DNA of 63,005 nucleotides, the filler included, from Octopus bimaculoides (taxonomy: Eukaryota), in the NCBI RefSeq assembly GCF_001194135.2. It is 5 parts of 5 records of this genome, joined end to end, with 100 filler letters (N's around TTAATTAATTAA, not from the genome) between each part and the next. Parts side by side here need not be neighbours in the genome. Positions count along the whole stretch, not along the records: positions 1 to 29,766 come from NC_069001.1; 4 more parts are not named here. One strand, given 5' to 3'. Made by a program: the position numbers and the translations under genes. Every line of letters starts with the position of its first letter. Position 1 is the first letter of the stretch. The notes beneath the pieces were generated by a model, which was given only the letters and a program-made list of their open reading frames with translations, had not been told where the DNA came from and ran no database searches. Positions 1 through 29,415 of the stretch are shown piece after piece.

Positions 1-339
1 TGTGTATATTTATATACGTGTGTATAAGTTTCCTTTGGGACTTATAATAATTTTTCTTTTGGAAAAGTCAAATCTGTCTCGTAAGCAACTGACAAAGCTC
101 TTTCGTTTTCGTTAAGACAGATATTTGTGCTGTGTGATGTGGTTACCTGAATTGGTTGATATGTGTATATATGTCTGTTTGTGCTCATGAATAATATGTA
201 CCTCTGTGGTGGATACGCGTTTTACTTTCTTATACAAGTGTGTGTGCATCACATTTTTTACACTTTAGTATACATGTGTTTGTGTTTCACTCTTATGATT
301 GCTTGTTCAATGCATTTCTTGTATATATGAGGATGTGTG

Positions 340-1260
340 CATATGTCTGGACCAGGAAATTAACATAGGGTTTCCCTGGAACATTTTCCATATGTTTAGC
401 ATAAAGAAATTATATGGAGATTCTCTCGAAAGTTTTGCAAATTGTAAACAGGATCATTGATTGATCGTATTTGGATTAATTCGGTTTGTTCTATGGTGAA
501 CCCAAATCTTTCTAGGTACCAACGAGTTCATTTTTTATCAGTTATTTTTTATCAGTTAATGTTGTTTGTCTCTAGTGTTTTTAATGCAACCTTCATATCA
601 GTTGGAAATCTAATCTAAACTACAATCAGTGTCTTTTACTCTCTGTCCCATAGGACAGTGTCTGACGTGTGTTGCTCTTATCGGGATGTTCCACAATATT
701 CCTTCTTTTTTTTTATAGGTGTGAATGCATTACAGTCCTACTTCTGGTGCACTTTTGGTACAGCCGTCAGGGCAATTCTTCCTTTGTGTATAATTGTAAA
801 ATGTCTTTGCAACAACGTTAGGTTTCACATTCTTAGGCAGCTGATGATAATATGGGTAATATGCTCCACATTTGTATGGCTTAAAGGACATTTTCTACCG
901 TAGCGAGGAGACATGTCTACCTCCCTTGTTCCTCAGGTATTTTTGGTAGCAATCTCCTGTTCCTGGACAGCATAGCAATAATACAGACGTCTAGGTGAGA
1001 TGTGATATACTTACCGCTGGTCCAGGAGAGAATAATACATTTGTCAATATGGCTGGTGTTATCTAGCTTGTGGAATATTTACCCATGCATTACTATTGTA
1101 TGTTGAGTATTTCTCCGCCGAGCTTTTAGTCTGCTTTGTTCACTGTGCCATTTTGGTGGCCAGTAGGGATGGATAACTAATTTTGTACCAGACTATTCAT
1201 AATGGCAAAAGCTTTAAGGGATGACATTCATTTTCATGGAAGATGAATAATCCCCTTAAG
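340..1260 (-). mobile_element. Degraded R4/Dong-like LINE, C-terminal (Zn finger/RLE) region
   Basis: Broken minus-strand frames give AVQEQEIATK, HITHIIISC and ILWNIPI, motifs typical of R4/Dong ORFs. Confidence 0.55.
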
Positions 1261-2071
1261 CTGAGATGACCGATGTCGGCGCCACATGTTATGTGTGTAT
1301 ATATATATATATATATAAGTATGCATTTGTGCATGTATGCATTTGTGCATCTGTGCATTTGTGCATCTGTGAATGCCTATGTATATGTGTCTATGTTTTT
1401 GTCAGATTGTTTCTGCGTCCGCGCGTGTACGTGCACATATGTGTATTTGTGTGCATGTTAATTTGTATATTTGTATCTACTCCAAGATTTCTTTCACATT
1501 TTTGACATTTCTGACAGTCTGTTATAGAATCATGCAAGCTATCGAATGATGAAAATCTTGGCCAGATTACCATTTTTCTACACCAAACACTATTGTTCAA
1601 AGTATCAAACCATTTTCTAGATGGTAGGGAATGATTTGAGGAAGATCAGTCAGCTATTTCTTTACAAGTTACAGTCGAAAAGCTAATTCGTCGGCTTGAG
1701 ATTGATACCGTGTTTTTATGTTTACTTCCAGCTCAGCCACGAACGAGCAAAAACCTATGATCAAATACGTTCTAGTCGTCCTCTTGCTCCGAGTCACATG
1801 ATAAAATGTGCTATGTACTGACGTACATCCAATCTTAGTAGATGAAATAAAGTACCAATCACTTCTTGTCGCCGAATTAATCAACTGATATTGAATTCAT
1901 TCATGTTTTTCAGTCAATGTTACTACAACTGATAATCTCAAGAGTTATTTCAGCATTGAAAGCAAGCGAGTCGAGGATGTAAACCCATTTCTTATAGCAT
2001 AACTGCATGCATTAACAATTTTCAGGATTCATGGATTTTGAAAATACATTCTGACTGAAAATTGTTCCGGT

Positions 2072-2477
2072 GCAAAAGTGGCTGTGTGGTAAGTAGCTTG
2101 CTTACCAACCACATGGTTCTGGGTTCAGTCCCACTGCGTAGCACCTTGGACAAGTGTCTTCTACTATAGCCTCGGGCCGACCAAAGCCTTGCGAGTGGAT
2201 TTGGTAGACGGAAACTGAAAGAAGCCCATCGTATATATGTATATATATATGTATGTGCGTGTATATGTTTGCGTGTCTGTGTTTGTCCCCCCACCATCGC
2301 TTGACAACCGATGCTGGTGTGTTTGTGTCCCCGTAACTTAGCGGTTCGGCAAAAGAGACCGATAGAAAAGTACTAGGCTTCCAAAGAATAAGTCCTGGGG
2401 TTGATTTGCTCGACTAAAGGCGGTGCTCCAGCATGGCCGCAGTCAAATGACTGAAACAAGTAAAAGAGTAAAGAGTA
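2072..2477 (+). mobile_element. tRNA-derived octopus SINE (GGCTGTGTGGTAAG-head family), near full length
   Basis: A box TGGCTGTGTGG, B box GGTTCAGTCC, internal (TA/TG)n, tail GCATGGCCGCAGTCAAATGACTGAAACAAGTAAAAGAG. Related fragments at about 50925-51045(-) and 56211-56400(+). Confidence 0.8.
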
Positions 2478-3029
2478 TGCAAATATTTTAACTTGAGGTA
2501 TGGAGTTTTCGTCATTGTGTACGACAAAAATCTAGCACATGTATTTCGTTGTCTTTTGCTATTGAATAATTTCATTCATTCTTAAGGTATAAGTACGGTC
2601 TCAAATTTGTGATGTGGTTGCATATAGCCGAAAAAAATTGTGAAATAAAATCCGTACATCTTAGGCTTTGTTTTAAACTGCAATTTCCAAAGAAAATAGT
2701 TAATCACCGCTTTATTCAGGATAAGAATGTATTCAAATATTTCCCCTGGTGCAGTAGATTGTGCATCTGGAGATTCCCCATAACTGTTATCTGCCCTTCA
2801 TGCCGAAAACAAAAACATGTCGCCTTCTTTTTCTCTGAGTCTCTCTATCTCTTTCTCTCTCTTTGTATATACATGTGTGTATATATGTATATCAATATTG
2901 CTCATCTTTGGGCATGTATTTAAGGTTATTCGACTAGAGATGTTGTTGAGGGAGCTGCCTTCTAAGTCTTATGTTATCAGCCTCATGTATGCAAATTTAG
3001 TCAAGAGACGCACTTCGACATTTGGTGGT

Positions 3030-3960
3030 TAAAAGATGATCCCGAAGGGATATAATACGACATTCAAAGGCATTTTGGATCGATCTTAAGCCTCTGCTAC
3101 TTTTTTCGTTTCAGAAAGAGGCGGTCTACGTCACTGTTTATGTGGAAATTATATGTGCTTGTTAGTAATTTCCGGGTTTTCACATCAATTGCTCGAATCT
3201 CATCAAGTGTCCAATCAAGCAGCCCAAATGTTGGTATGAGTACTGGCACTGCAAACACACAAACACATTGTGGGCCACTGTTTTATTGAATGCAGAAAGT
3301 TTTGAAGTCTAAAATTTCTTTATTTGTCTGTAATATTTTTTAGTGACACGTGTTTTGTTACAGGTGCCATTGTAAGATATATTTTCATCCAACCCTAGAT
3401 ACCTGTAACATTTCTTGTCAGATATAAGGGAAACAGTGAAGTCATTGATGGAGATGTTGCTAGTCTGGTTTACAGTTTTCCCCCTTTCACAACCATTTAA
3501 CAACATTTATCCTGACCAAACTCCAACCTACATCCTTCGAGAATGTGGTAACTATGTCAAAGTTCTTTTTCAATTCCTGCATATTTTTTGCATTAAGTTT
3601 CAAGTCATCCACAAAGAAATAGTGTGTAATTTTGGTATTCCTGTTTCCTTGTGAACCAGAGAGATATCCTTCAGTCTACCTTAAGGGGTTTACAGGAAAT
3701 ATAAACGGCATCACAGGGAGGCTGTCCCCTTGAAATATGCCTTTGGGATACTGAATTCTATCAGCGATAAAGCAGTTACACATTGTATTTAATTTCAAGA
3801 TGGTGGCCCACGATGAAGTCAGGTCAGCTATGTCTTTTACGCTGCTCACTTGAAATTGAGAAGTTGAAGGGCTTCTAGCATCCATGAGTGGGGAACAGAA
3901 TCAAAGGCTCTCTTGTAGTCTAGCCACATTGAAACTAAGTTCCTCCTATGCTCTCGTACC
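3030..3960 (-). mobile_element. Degraded R4/Dong-like LINE, reverse transcriptase region
   Basis: KGIFQGDSL, YRYLGLDENISYNGTCNKTRVTKKYY and AVPVLIPTFGLLDW, with stops and frameshifts. Confidence 0.7.
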
Positions 3961-4531
3961 TCGCCATCACAGTTTTGTTGATTATGTATGTATGTATGTA
4001 TGTATGTATCTATGTATCTATGTATGTATCTATGTATGTATCTATGTATGTGTATGTGTATGTGTATGTATGTATGTATGTATGTATGTACGGAGAACAG
4101 TCTCTTAATATTTGTTTGGGCCCATTATCGTAAATGTTTTAGACTATGGAACATCGGAAAAGCTGGAATCCTTCAAGAACTGATTCACATAATCCAGATA
4201 CTATCGATTAGTGGCTTCGTAAATATATCAGGGATTCTCCATTTGAGGTCCTTAGCTGAACACATTCTTGAAATTACATCTACTTGAAATTACATTTATT
4301 CACAGTCTCATATACAGTAAACAATTCACAAAGCTATGTCGATGTCTTCTCTTAAACTACGCAGTTTTGCATTCTACAAAAATTTATAGGGTGTAACACC
4401 TAAATAAGATACAAAGGTATACTTACGTATGTCAAAGACACAGTGAGTGCATACGTGAGCGTTGATATATAAATCCACGAGGCGTCTTTTCACATCAGTT
4501 GTTGACTAAACCCCGTTAATAAACTATACGT

Positions 4532-4919
4532 CGTGGAGGCGCAATGGCCCAGTGGTTAGGGCAGTGGACTTGCGGGCATAGGATCGCGGTTTCTATTCCC
4601 AGACCGGGCATTGTGAGTGTTTATTGAGCGAAAACACCTAAAGCTCCACAAGGCTCCGGCAGGGGATGGTGGCGAACCCTGCTGTACTCTTCCACCACAA
4701 CTTTCTCTCACTCTTACTTCCTGTTTCTGTTGTGCCTGTAATTCAAAGGGTCAGCTTTGTCACACTGTGTCATGCTGAATATCCCCGAGAACTAAGTTAA
4801 GGGTACACGTGTCTGTGGAGTGCGCAGCCACTTGCACGTTAATTTCACGAGTAGGTATTCCGTTGATCGGATCAACTGGAACCCTCGACGTCGTAAGCGA
4901 CGGAGTGCCAACAACAACA
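4532..4919 (+). mobile_element. tRNA-derived SINE (GGAGGCGCAATGG-head family) with 11-bp target site duplication
   Basis: A/B boxes and (CAA)n tail; AAACTATACGT at 4521-4531 and 4920-4930. Confidence 0.88.
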
Positions 4920-5001
4920 AAACTATACGTGAACTCAAGAACAATTTAAAAGATATTTGTTCAAGTTGCTGTGAAATGGCATTGAAGCTCTCGACTGATT
5001 C

Positions 5002-5007
5002 TTTATT
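5002..5007 (-). terminator. Candidate poly(A) signal of IF-1
   Basis: AATAAA on the minus strand, conserved at the aligned position in IF-2 (26270-26275). A second shared AATAAA lies at 5210-5215 / 26470-26475. Confidence 0.45.
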
Positions 5008-5775
5008 GTATTGACACATGCAGGACGAAAGGGAACGCTGACCTCGATACGATTTGAACAGTGACATAAAATGATGTTATGGAATAAATAGAACGAAACT
5101 CTAATCGATTCTATCGATTCTGCTTATATTACCCTTACAAAATATTACAATAAGGAGATTACTTAAAGGTGATTAAAAAAGCATACAAAAGTATATATAT
5201 TAAAAATATTTTATTGCCCTTTTTTCATACATTTAAAAAAAAAATTCCTCGAAATTAAATTACGAAGTACAAGATTGTAAATACAATAACAAATACTGCT
5301 TACTATTCTGGAAAAATATCTTATATTTTCGCCAGATATCGTTGCGTGTTTTCCTTGATAAATTTGCGTTTTTATAGTATGCAATATCATTAATTATGAA
5401 GCATTTGGGAGCAAAAGAGAAAGTACATTGTTTGTCATAATACCTAGGTAACAGCCTTTATTGAAATAATGATTACCAAAAGTATCAAGCTGAAGCGTTT
5501 GTTAATATATGATAATTGTGTAGCAGTGTTGCAAAATATATTGTTTTAAGAACTGTATTTCCTTTTCCTTTTTTTAATTATCGCAAATTCTAGATAATCA
5601 TGTGAACAATTTAAAACAGAAAATTTGAAGAACTTAGAAGTATTATTTCATCGAAATTATTATTATGATGTGAAAAAAAAGGGACTTTATGAAGCTTGGT
5701 GCTAACTTTAACAAAAACGGAGGACTTTTCAGCTGAGACAAAATGCACACAAGTTCAGCAGGAGAACTACATTCT

Positions 5776-22355
<16,580 letters not shown>

Positions 22356-22484
22356 TTTTGTTTTTATTCAAAGGTAACGAAAAAACTGGAATGGATTAAA
22401 AATTGTTCCCAGTATGTGGAAGACGTTGCGCACAGAAAAAAATTCTGCAGAACGATCTACAACCTGCTTTGCGACACTGTGAAG

Positions 22485-22518
22485 TGACCAAGTCTAGGGC
22501 GTTATCCTGTTTTATATA
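22485..22518 (-). promoter_or_regulatory. TATA box and Inr of IF-1
   Basis: Minus strand TATATAAAA at 22518-22510 and Inr-like TCACTT with A at 22485, about 31-33 nt apart and about 130 nt upstream of the ATG. Confidence 0.6.
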
Positions 22519-23149
22519 TGCCAAAGAATAGTTGTAGTGAGAGGGCAAAATGCTGGGATGGCCTTATTGATAGAGAAAGAGAAGTGGTGATAGATAAAGA
22601 GAGAGATGAAGGAAAACAAAAAGTGAGAGTAATAGTGGGAGATGCACTGAGTGAGACATATAAAATAACAAAGAAAAGTTTTTTTTTTCTCTTTCTTTTA
22701 TATTTCACTCGTCCTCATTTAAAAAGCTTATACGCTTCTGTATACGATTGGCAAAAACGAAATATAAAGAAAAAGAATAAAAGAAATCGTGCAAGTAGCC
22801 CATCTTCACGCTTCAGTTAGTTCCAGGCATAATCGCAATACATCCTCAGCCACCTACACTCCTACAATCTCATAAAGGTTGACAGAATTGCTGTCACACA
22901 AAACGTACCCGGTGCATACATTCTTTTGCATACGATCCAGTTTCTTTTTGAAAAGTATATTTTAATTGTCGTCACACAATTTCTCCCACGAAATCTTTTG
23001 TCAAAGGTTAGAACGCTAATCGAATATATAGTTGTCTCTCTACATTCTCAGTTCAAATGCACTCCCTCGTTCCCTTTGCCTTTCACCTTTTTGGGTGTGA
23101 TAAAATATATAAGTAGGTGGTTGACAATCTGTCTCTCAATTTAACATCA

Positions 23150-23575
23150 CCACTTGACCAACCGGAGTAGCTTTGATGAAGTACAGGCTGGTCCTAAAGT
23201 TTTGTCACCACCTGTCAATATTGTTATGAATAATGCCAACACCCATGACAAAGGGTTTTCATTTGAAATCGTTTAGGCCAACATTCGTCAACGAACTAAG
23301 CGACAACGACAGGGACAAAAGACATGTGGCATGTGGACGGTTTCTTGATGTGTTTCCAACAACCCCACAACGTGGAAAGGTGTTTTCTCCGATGAATTTG
23401 CAATTTACTATAGTGGCCGGGCTTGGAATATTTATTTCTGGAGCAAAGAAAATCCGCATTATTATGAAGAACTGGAGCACAACCCCCTGCATGTTGTGAT
23501 TTAGGCAGCTATATCGAGAAAGCACTCGAGAGGACACTATTTCTTCGAGGGTTCTGTTAAGCAGCACTCTTACTT

Positions 23576-23580
<5 letters not shown>
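23150..23580 (+). mobile_element. Tc1/mariner-superfamily transposase remnant
   Basis: [13 protein letters not shown]...RGKVFS(frameshift)DEFAIY...[20 protein letters not shown]...HYFFEGSV, covering the first catalytic D region. Confidence 0.7.
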
Positions 23581-23627
<47 letters not shown>

Positions 23628-23652
23628 ACATACATATATATATACATCTATG

Positions 23653-23693
<41 letters not shown>

Positions 23694-24390
23694 AGATAGA
23701 TAGATAGATAGAGAGATATAGATATATGCGCGCACGCGTGTGGCCGTGATATTTTCATTATATCATTTAAAACTATGGCGTGGGAAAAAAATATAACTTA
23801 GCTACTCAGTAAAGTAGTGTGTCGAGAAATACGACCAAAACAATTTTGTATTGAATTCTTTATCATGACCTCCGCCCAGCAGTTTAAGGCTGTAAAAATA
23901 CTGAAAGAATAGAATATACCTCGTTCGTTTTATGTTAGTAATTGTACGGAAGAGAAATAAATAGTTAAGTGAGTACTTATGATTGGTTTCGAGGAATACT
24001 TTTTATTGAGGCACTGTTTTGCAGCTGGATACGTTTCCACTTGGTGACATTTATTTGATTTACCGTTTTCCCAACACGGGAGATTTCATTTCAATCGCAG
24101 AACTACAGGGTGACTTATTAAACAGGGAAATAATAACAGACAACACTATACGATCTCAGGTTATAAACATTCAGTGAAGCGCACACAAACGCAAACATAC
24201 TCACACACACAGACACACACACAGCCATACACACACGCGCACACACACAGACACAAATACGCACCCACGCACAAGACATGTAGATCTTTGTGTCTGTGTA
24301 TGAGACTTCTAATTTTCTTTTACACTGTTACAATATAGTCTTAAGCTCAGTTGTGGTTTCTGATAAAGTCAGTGAATGACATTTCTCATG

Positions 24391-26050
24391 TTACCAGCAG
24401 ACAAAATGAAAATGGTTTCCCCGAAGGATAGCAAGGAAGATGCACTGGAACAACCACTCTGATTCACGTGGCACACACTCACAGACAGCAATCTCCACCC
24501 CAATATCGGTGAGCAGGTATATGATCCGCGAGCGAAGAACCCTGAAAGTCTCAACTTCCAAAGCCTCGATCATTAACCTGTCAGAGTGCGACTGATACCT
24601 TGACAGTTTGTTTTTCTCAGCCTGATGAGCATCGGAGCCTGGGCTGGTAGCTGAAAAAATTCGACTTGCCGCTGGAGAAGGGTCACAGCATGTGACACCC
24701 CAGCTGAGGGACCAACCGCTACGGAACGGGAAAATTGTCATCATGTCCGCTTTTTTACTATCTCCCCGGTTTAGCCCCGCCCCGCTGACTCGGGCTGAGC
24801 CCTGCTTTATAATCGTGTTATGGGCGTTATCGCGTGGAAGGTGGCGAGGACTATGAAGGCAGGACAGTGGGCGGAAGCCGAAAGAATTCACTGTAGAACT
24901 GCGGCGGCATTCACGCGACTCGCAGATCTGAAGACCAAGCCTTAGAGAAAGGCTATTACGCAGTTTGTCACTATAAAGCTAAGTGCCAGCTGCGAGTGAT
25001 GGCACCGCATTGAGGCAAGCTCTGCTGTGAGGCTCAGAGGCTAAAAGGAAACATTGTAAACGGTGTCAGTCAAGCCGGCGCACTAGCTCGTCCTCAGTCA
25101 TGTTATACGGGATGGCGTCTCATTTCTTTTCAGAACACTAGACGTCCACAGAAAGGAGAGGAATGTGGCATCAGCTGGGCGCTGGCCGAGCTGGTTCCAT
25201 GTCGCGTAGGCTGCCTCACGTTTTTCGATCACAGTTGATTCAGTTGTTTAAATCAGGACACGGTAAGAGGTCACTGACGAATGAAAAGACGGCAGAGCCT
25301 GTGAGACAGGTGATCGAAAGCCGAGGCTGCTGTATTTGCTGGGTAAGGTTACCTGTTGCCATCCAGTGTCATCGAAACGAACGTTGCATATCTTTTCAGC
25401 GGTCCACTGAATACAGGCATTGATGTCCGTGAGGAGAGATACGAGGTTGTAGCAAGAGGCAATGCGGAGTGTATACAATAGCATCGGCATGGGGAAGCAA
25501 TTCCTTAACAGGAACAATGGTAGGTAGGCATCGATTGTCTTCGTGAGGATGGAGCAAATGACAGGTGGGTGGATCCGGGAGGCTCAGTATAAGAACGTCC
25601 TACTTAAAGGTTAACTCTACCTGGTGCAGTATTGAAAGTACGTACGAGACGGAGACTGCAAAGCCCGTATTATTTGACGTTCATGACCCCCGATTTGGAT
25701 GAGTTTACATCGAGGCCGATCTTCGCTAGAGCAGGAACCATTGATCGGAGATCGTGGCAGACACTACTGGCCCACCTATCGTTGCATTATCCAGGTACCA
25801 GATGGTGAAAGGAGTCGTGATGCTCTGAGCAATGTTATCCATCCCTAGAGCGAATAGGAGGGGACCGAATGGATCCCTCTATCGAACTCTGTTTGAAGAT
25901 GTGCTGACCTTAACTGCGCCGAGGGGCATACTCAGAACCTCGTATCACGTGATCACGTGCATGCTGTTGGAAGATAATGAAGTACATCTTGACTTTGTTC
26001 CACAATGCAGGTAGCAATCGGAAATGTCCTTGTGCAATCCAAAAATCCTT
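24391..26050 (-). mobile_element. Degraded CRE-clade-like non-LTR retrotransposon (RT plus restriction-like endonuclease)
   Basis: WYLDNATIGG (degenerate YLDD), LLRNCF.MP.LLYTLR, WQQVTLP...LGFRSP, RGDSKKADMMTIFPFRSGWSLSWGVTC and EWLFQCIFLAILRGN. Confidence 0.7.
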
Positions 26051-26987
26051 ATAAAGTATTTCGAACTTTGGCCTCAGTTTTCATTCTACAAAATATTGTA
26101 GAATGGAAAACCTAAAACAATCCCAAAGGTATATTTGCATAAACTCAAGAAACGTCCTTCTCCAACCCGTTCATAAAGCTTGTTCATAAACTATACGTAA
26201 ACACGAGAATAATTTAGAAGACATTTGTTCCAGTTACTGTGAAGCAGAATTAAACCTCTTGCCTGATTCTTTATTGCATCGATACATGCAGGAAAAAAGC
26301 CAACGTTGATCTTGATACGATTTAAACTGGGAACTAAAATGATATGAAATAAATAGAACAAAACTATGCGATTTTATCGATTTTGCATTATTTTGTCCTT
26401 ATAAAATAATAAAATGAGAAGGAGACTAATGATTAAAAAAGCATACGAAAATATACATTTTAGTAACATTTTATTGCCTTTTTTCATACAATTTAACAAA
26501 AAATCCTCAAAATCAAATTACAAATTACAAGATTGTTAATAAAATAACAAAATCTTTAATCTGGTGGAAAATTTAATCATATTTTCAGATATTGTAGCGT
26601 TTTTTGAATAGCATAAATTTTGCGTTTTTAGTGTTAAATACCATTAAGTATAAAAGATTTGGGGACAAAACAGACGGTTGGTCATAGTACCTAGGTAACT
26701 AGACTAACGGATCATGATAACAAAAGCTATCAAGCTGAAATGTCTATTTGATATTTGATTAGTTTGTCGAAATGTTGCAAAATATATTGTATTGACGAAT
26801 GAATTTACTCATTTTCTACAATTATCTTAAATTCAAGAGGATCATGTAAAAAATTTAAAACAGAAAATACTGCAAGTGCTTATCATTTTATTGAAATTAT
26901 TATTATAACGGAAAAAGGGAGACTTTCTGAAACTTTGTGCTAACTGCAACAAAAGCAATTTTTCTCAGCTGAGATAAATTACGTTCT

Positions 26988-27023
26988 TTATGCGTTTATT
27001 TTGATCACAAGGACAGCACTTTC
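26988..27023 (-). CDS. IF-2 terminal coding exon
   Basis: TTTGCTTTTCAG|ESAVLVIKINA-TAA. Confidence 0.85.
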   Translation of the reverse strand, partial: ESAVLVIKINA

Positions 27024-28068
27024 CTGAAAAGCAAAAAAAAAAGACCAATGAATAAATAGGGAGCTTAAAGCGTTAATGCACCACCAGAGTAAGCATCTTC
27101 ATGTAGTGTACGTAAGATAGTCATTCTGGCCTGTGTCATGAATACAATACATAGGGACGTCGGTGTTGACCGAAGGCCAGAATATTTATTATTCGATTTT
27201 TACACTAGCAAATTCAAATGAAACATTTCATTAAACTGAACAAGATTTCTCCCCGACACTGAATATCCCAAATCCTTTAAATATATATGATTTGGACAAA
27301 GCATGGTTCGATTACAGATTTGGTCATACATTACTCTCCATAAATGAGTATTGTTCATTTTATACAGGATGATAGATCACGAAGATCTGGTTACTATTGG
27401 TAGTTGGTCCCATCGAATGACTACGTCGCTGTCCTCTCATCGACTCACAAAATGCATGGAGTTAAAAGTAGAATTGCATTTCAGAACGAGGGCAGAGAAG
27501 TGGGAGACAAAATGTTACAGCAATAAACTAGATCTTACCTTATTTTTGTCGTCTCTCAAAGTAATTGTCGACGGTACTGCCAATGTACCCCATTGTTCGA
27601 CAGCAGAAGATGTGATGCCTTCTTGACCAGCACCGAATTTCGATCCCCAAATCTAAAATTGGAAAAAAGAATTAAGGATAGTAACATCATCAACAAAAGT
27701 GATATTTGTGTGTAACTTAGACACAAGGGGAGCATTATGGGAGAGAAGTTTAGTCGATTACATAAACTCCACTTTTTCACTGGTATTCTTATTTTATAGA
27801 CCCAAAATAGTGGAGGGGGAAGTTGAATGTGGCAGGATTTGAACGAAGAACATAAAGGGCCGAAAACAAATATCGAAGCGCATATTTTACAGATGTCCTA
27901 ACGATTTCTGCAAAAGCACAGTTTTATATTTTAGTGGATATATCTGTTAGTCGATTGTATCAACCTCAGTACGTGGTTACTACAATAGTCAGAGAGGAGG
28001 CATTAAATTTCAGTTAACAATTGAATTTAATATTATTATTTCGTTTTTGTATTTGGTTTGCAAGATTC

Positions 28069-28118
<50 letters not shown>

Positions 28119-29415
28119 CATGCGCACAAGCAAACAAAAAGAACGCAGATCCGACAAAGGACAGACAACAAATATTGAAGAGGTTACAAGAATCAACGAG
28201 AATTTTAGAAAAAATATATATAAGTAAACGAGTGGAAATTGAACGGGTGACTATGTTAATTAATAAGGCATTAATATTATTAATATAAATACAAATTGGA
28301 GACAAGTAACTAGAAAGTAAATGAATCCTCCTTTTCTTCTCCTTCTCTCATCCCCCCTACTCTTCATAATCATCCTGGACAGACGTAATAGATAAAAATA
28401 TTACGGTTAACATATGAAAAACAATATAACAAACATTGCTCTAATGTTTCATAGCGAATTGTGACTTCCAGCACTGGGTCACTTTTTGTCTACTTAAAGT
28501 GGTACTTATAAAATCTGATATTTAATCACATCATAAGAATAATAAACATTTTAAAAGACGACACAAACTTACCTTGGTCATTTTACCAGAAGCAAACACG
28601 TTACCATCGTTAAATGTATGGGTGTAGCTCTTTCCATTGTCTAGGGTTTGGGTCAATGTCCAGTTCTTTAAGGTTGTTGACCCCTAAGATTAGAAAAATA
28701 TATACATTAAACAATAGAGAATGGTTAAGATTTCTTGATGACAAGGAATCACATGGATAGCGAATGTATCAATGAATAAAATAGACGGAAAATAGATCTC
28801 TATGTCTGTATGTAAATGCATTTGTATGGGTATGTTTGTGTATATAAGTTTGTGTGTGTATATATATCTGTGCGGATTTTCTCCAATGATATTAAGATGG
28901 AGTTTGGACTATCAAAATGTACTTCGATGGTGATGAAACGAGGAAAGCTTGCCAGAACAGAAGATATATGGTTGCCAAGTGGTGAAATGATGAAAGCAAT
29001 TCAACCTCAGTGTCCACCTATATATGTGTTTGTGCATGTGTGTGTGTGTGTGTGTGTGTAGAAAGAGGTGATGAAGATTTACTGCGGTTTCTATAAGGCG
29101 GTGGCACCGAGGAGTTACATACGCACATGTTATTATAATTATGTACACTAAAGGAGCAAACGAAAATACTAGTGGATGTTAACATTTGGTCGTCTTAACG
29201 AATCAATGTGAAAACGTTATAAATGTGGAATTGGACCTGTTTTCAGGAAAGGTGCGTCAGAAAAACAAAACAGAAAATAGAAAGACAGTCACTGAATTCA
29301 AAAACACTTACCTTTGGAAACTTAGCATGGTCCTCAATTTCGATGTATCTTCCCCCGGATTCTAATTCAACGATGGCCACAGTTCCATTTGTGGAGCGAC
29401 TCATAGTCATTTTAT
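26988..29415 (-). CDS. IF-2: 3' part (lamin-tail exons) of a tandem intermediate filament paralog; 5' exons not visible
   Basis: Four open exons with intact GT-AG sites and the same phases as IF-1 exons 8-11; about 85/120 aa identical to IF-1 by hand count. Confidence 0.85.
27539..27652 (-). CDS. IF-2 exon equivalent to IF-1 exon 10
   Basis: TTCCAATTTTAG|IWGSKFGAGQEGITSSAVEQWGTLAVPSTITLRDDKNK|GTAAGA, 114 nt (one extra codon). Confidence 0.88.
28573..28683 (-). CDS. IF-2 exon equivalent to IF-1 exon 9
   Basis: TTTCTAATCTTAG|GSTTLKNWTLTQTLDNGKSYTHTFNDGNVFASGKMTK|GTAAGT, 111 nt. Confidence 0.88.
28876..29005 (+). mobile_element. R4/Dong-like LINE RT fragment in an IF-2 intron
   Basis: FSNDIKMEFGLSKC...KRGKL...LPSGEMMKAI. 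Confidence 0.7.
29312..29415 (-). CDS. IF-2 exon equivalent to IF-1 exon 8
   Basis: TTTCTTCATCAG|xKMTMSRSTNGTVAIVELESGGRYIEIEDHAKFPK|GTAAGT, 104 nt. Confidence 0.88.

Noticed and set aside
4532-4610. tRNA-like sequences with A/B boxes at SINE heads
   Set aside because: They continue into SINE bodies, are dispersed and diverged, and I could not fold a complete cloverleaf; not tRNA genes.
26988-29415. IF-2 exons as alternative tail exons of IF-1
   Set aside because: They lie upstream of the IF-1 promoter in the direction of transcription and have their own stop and 3' UTR.
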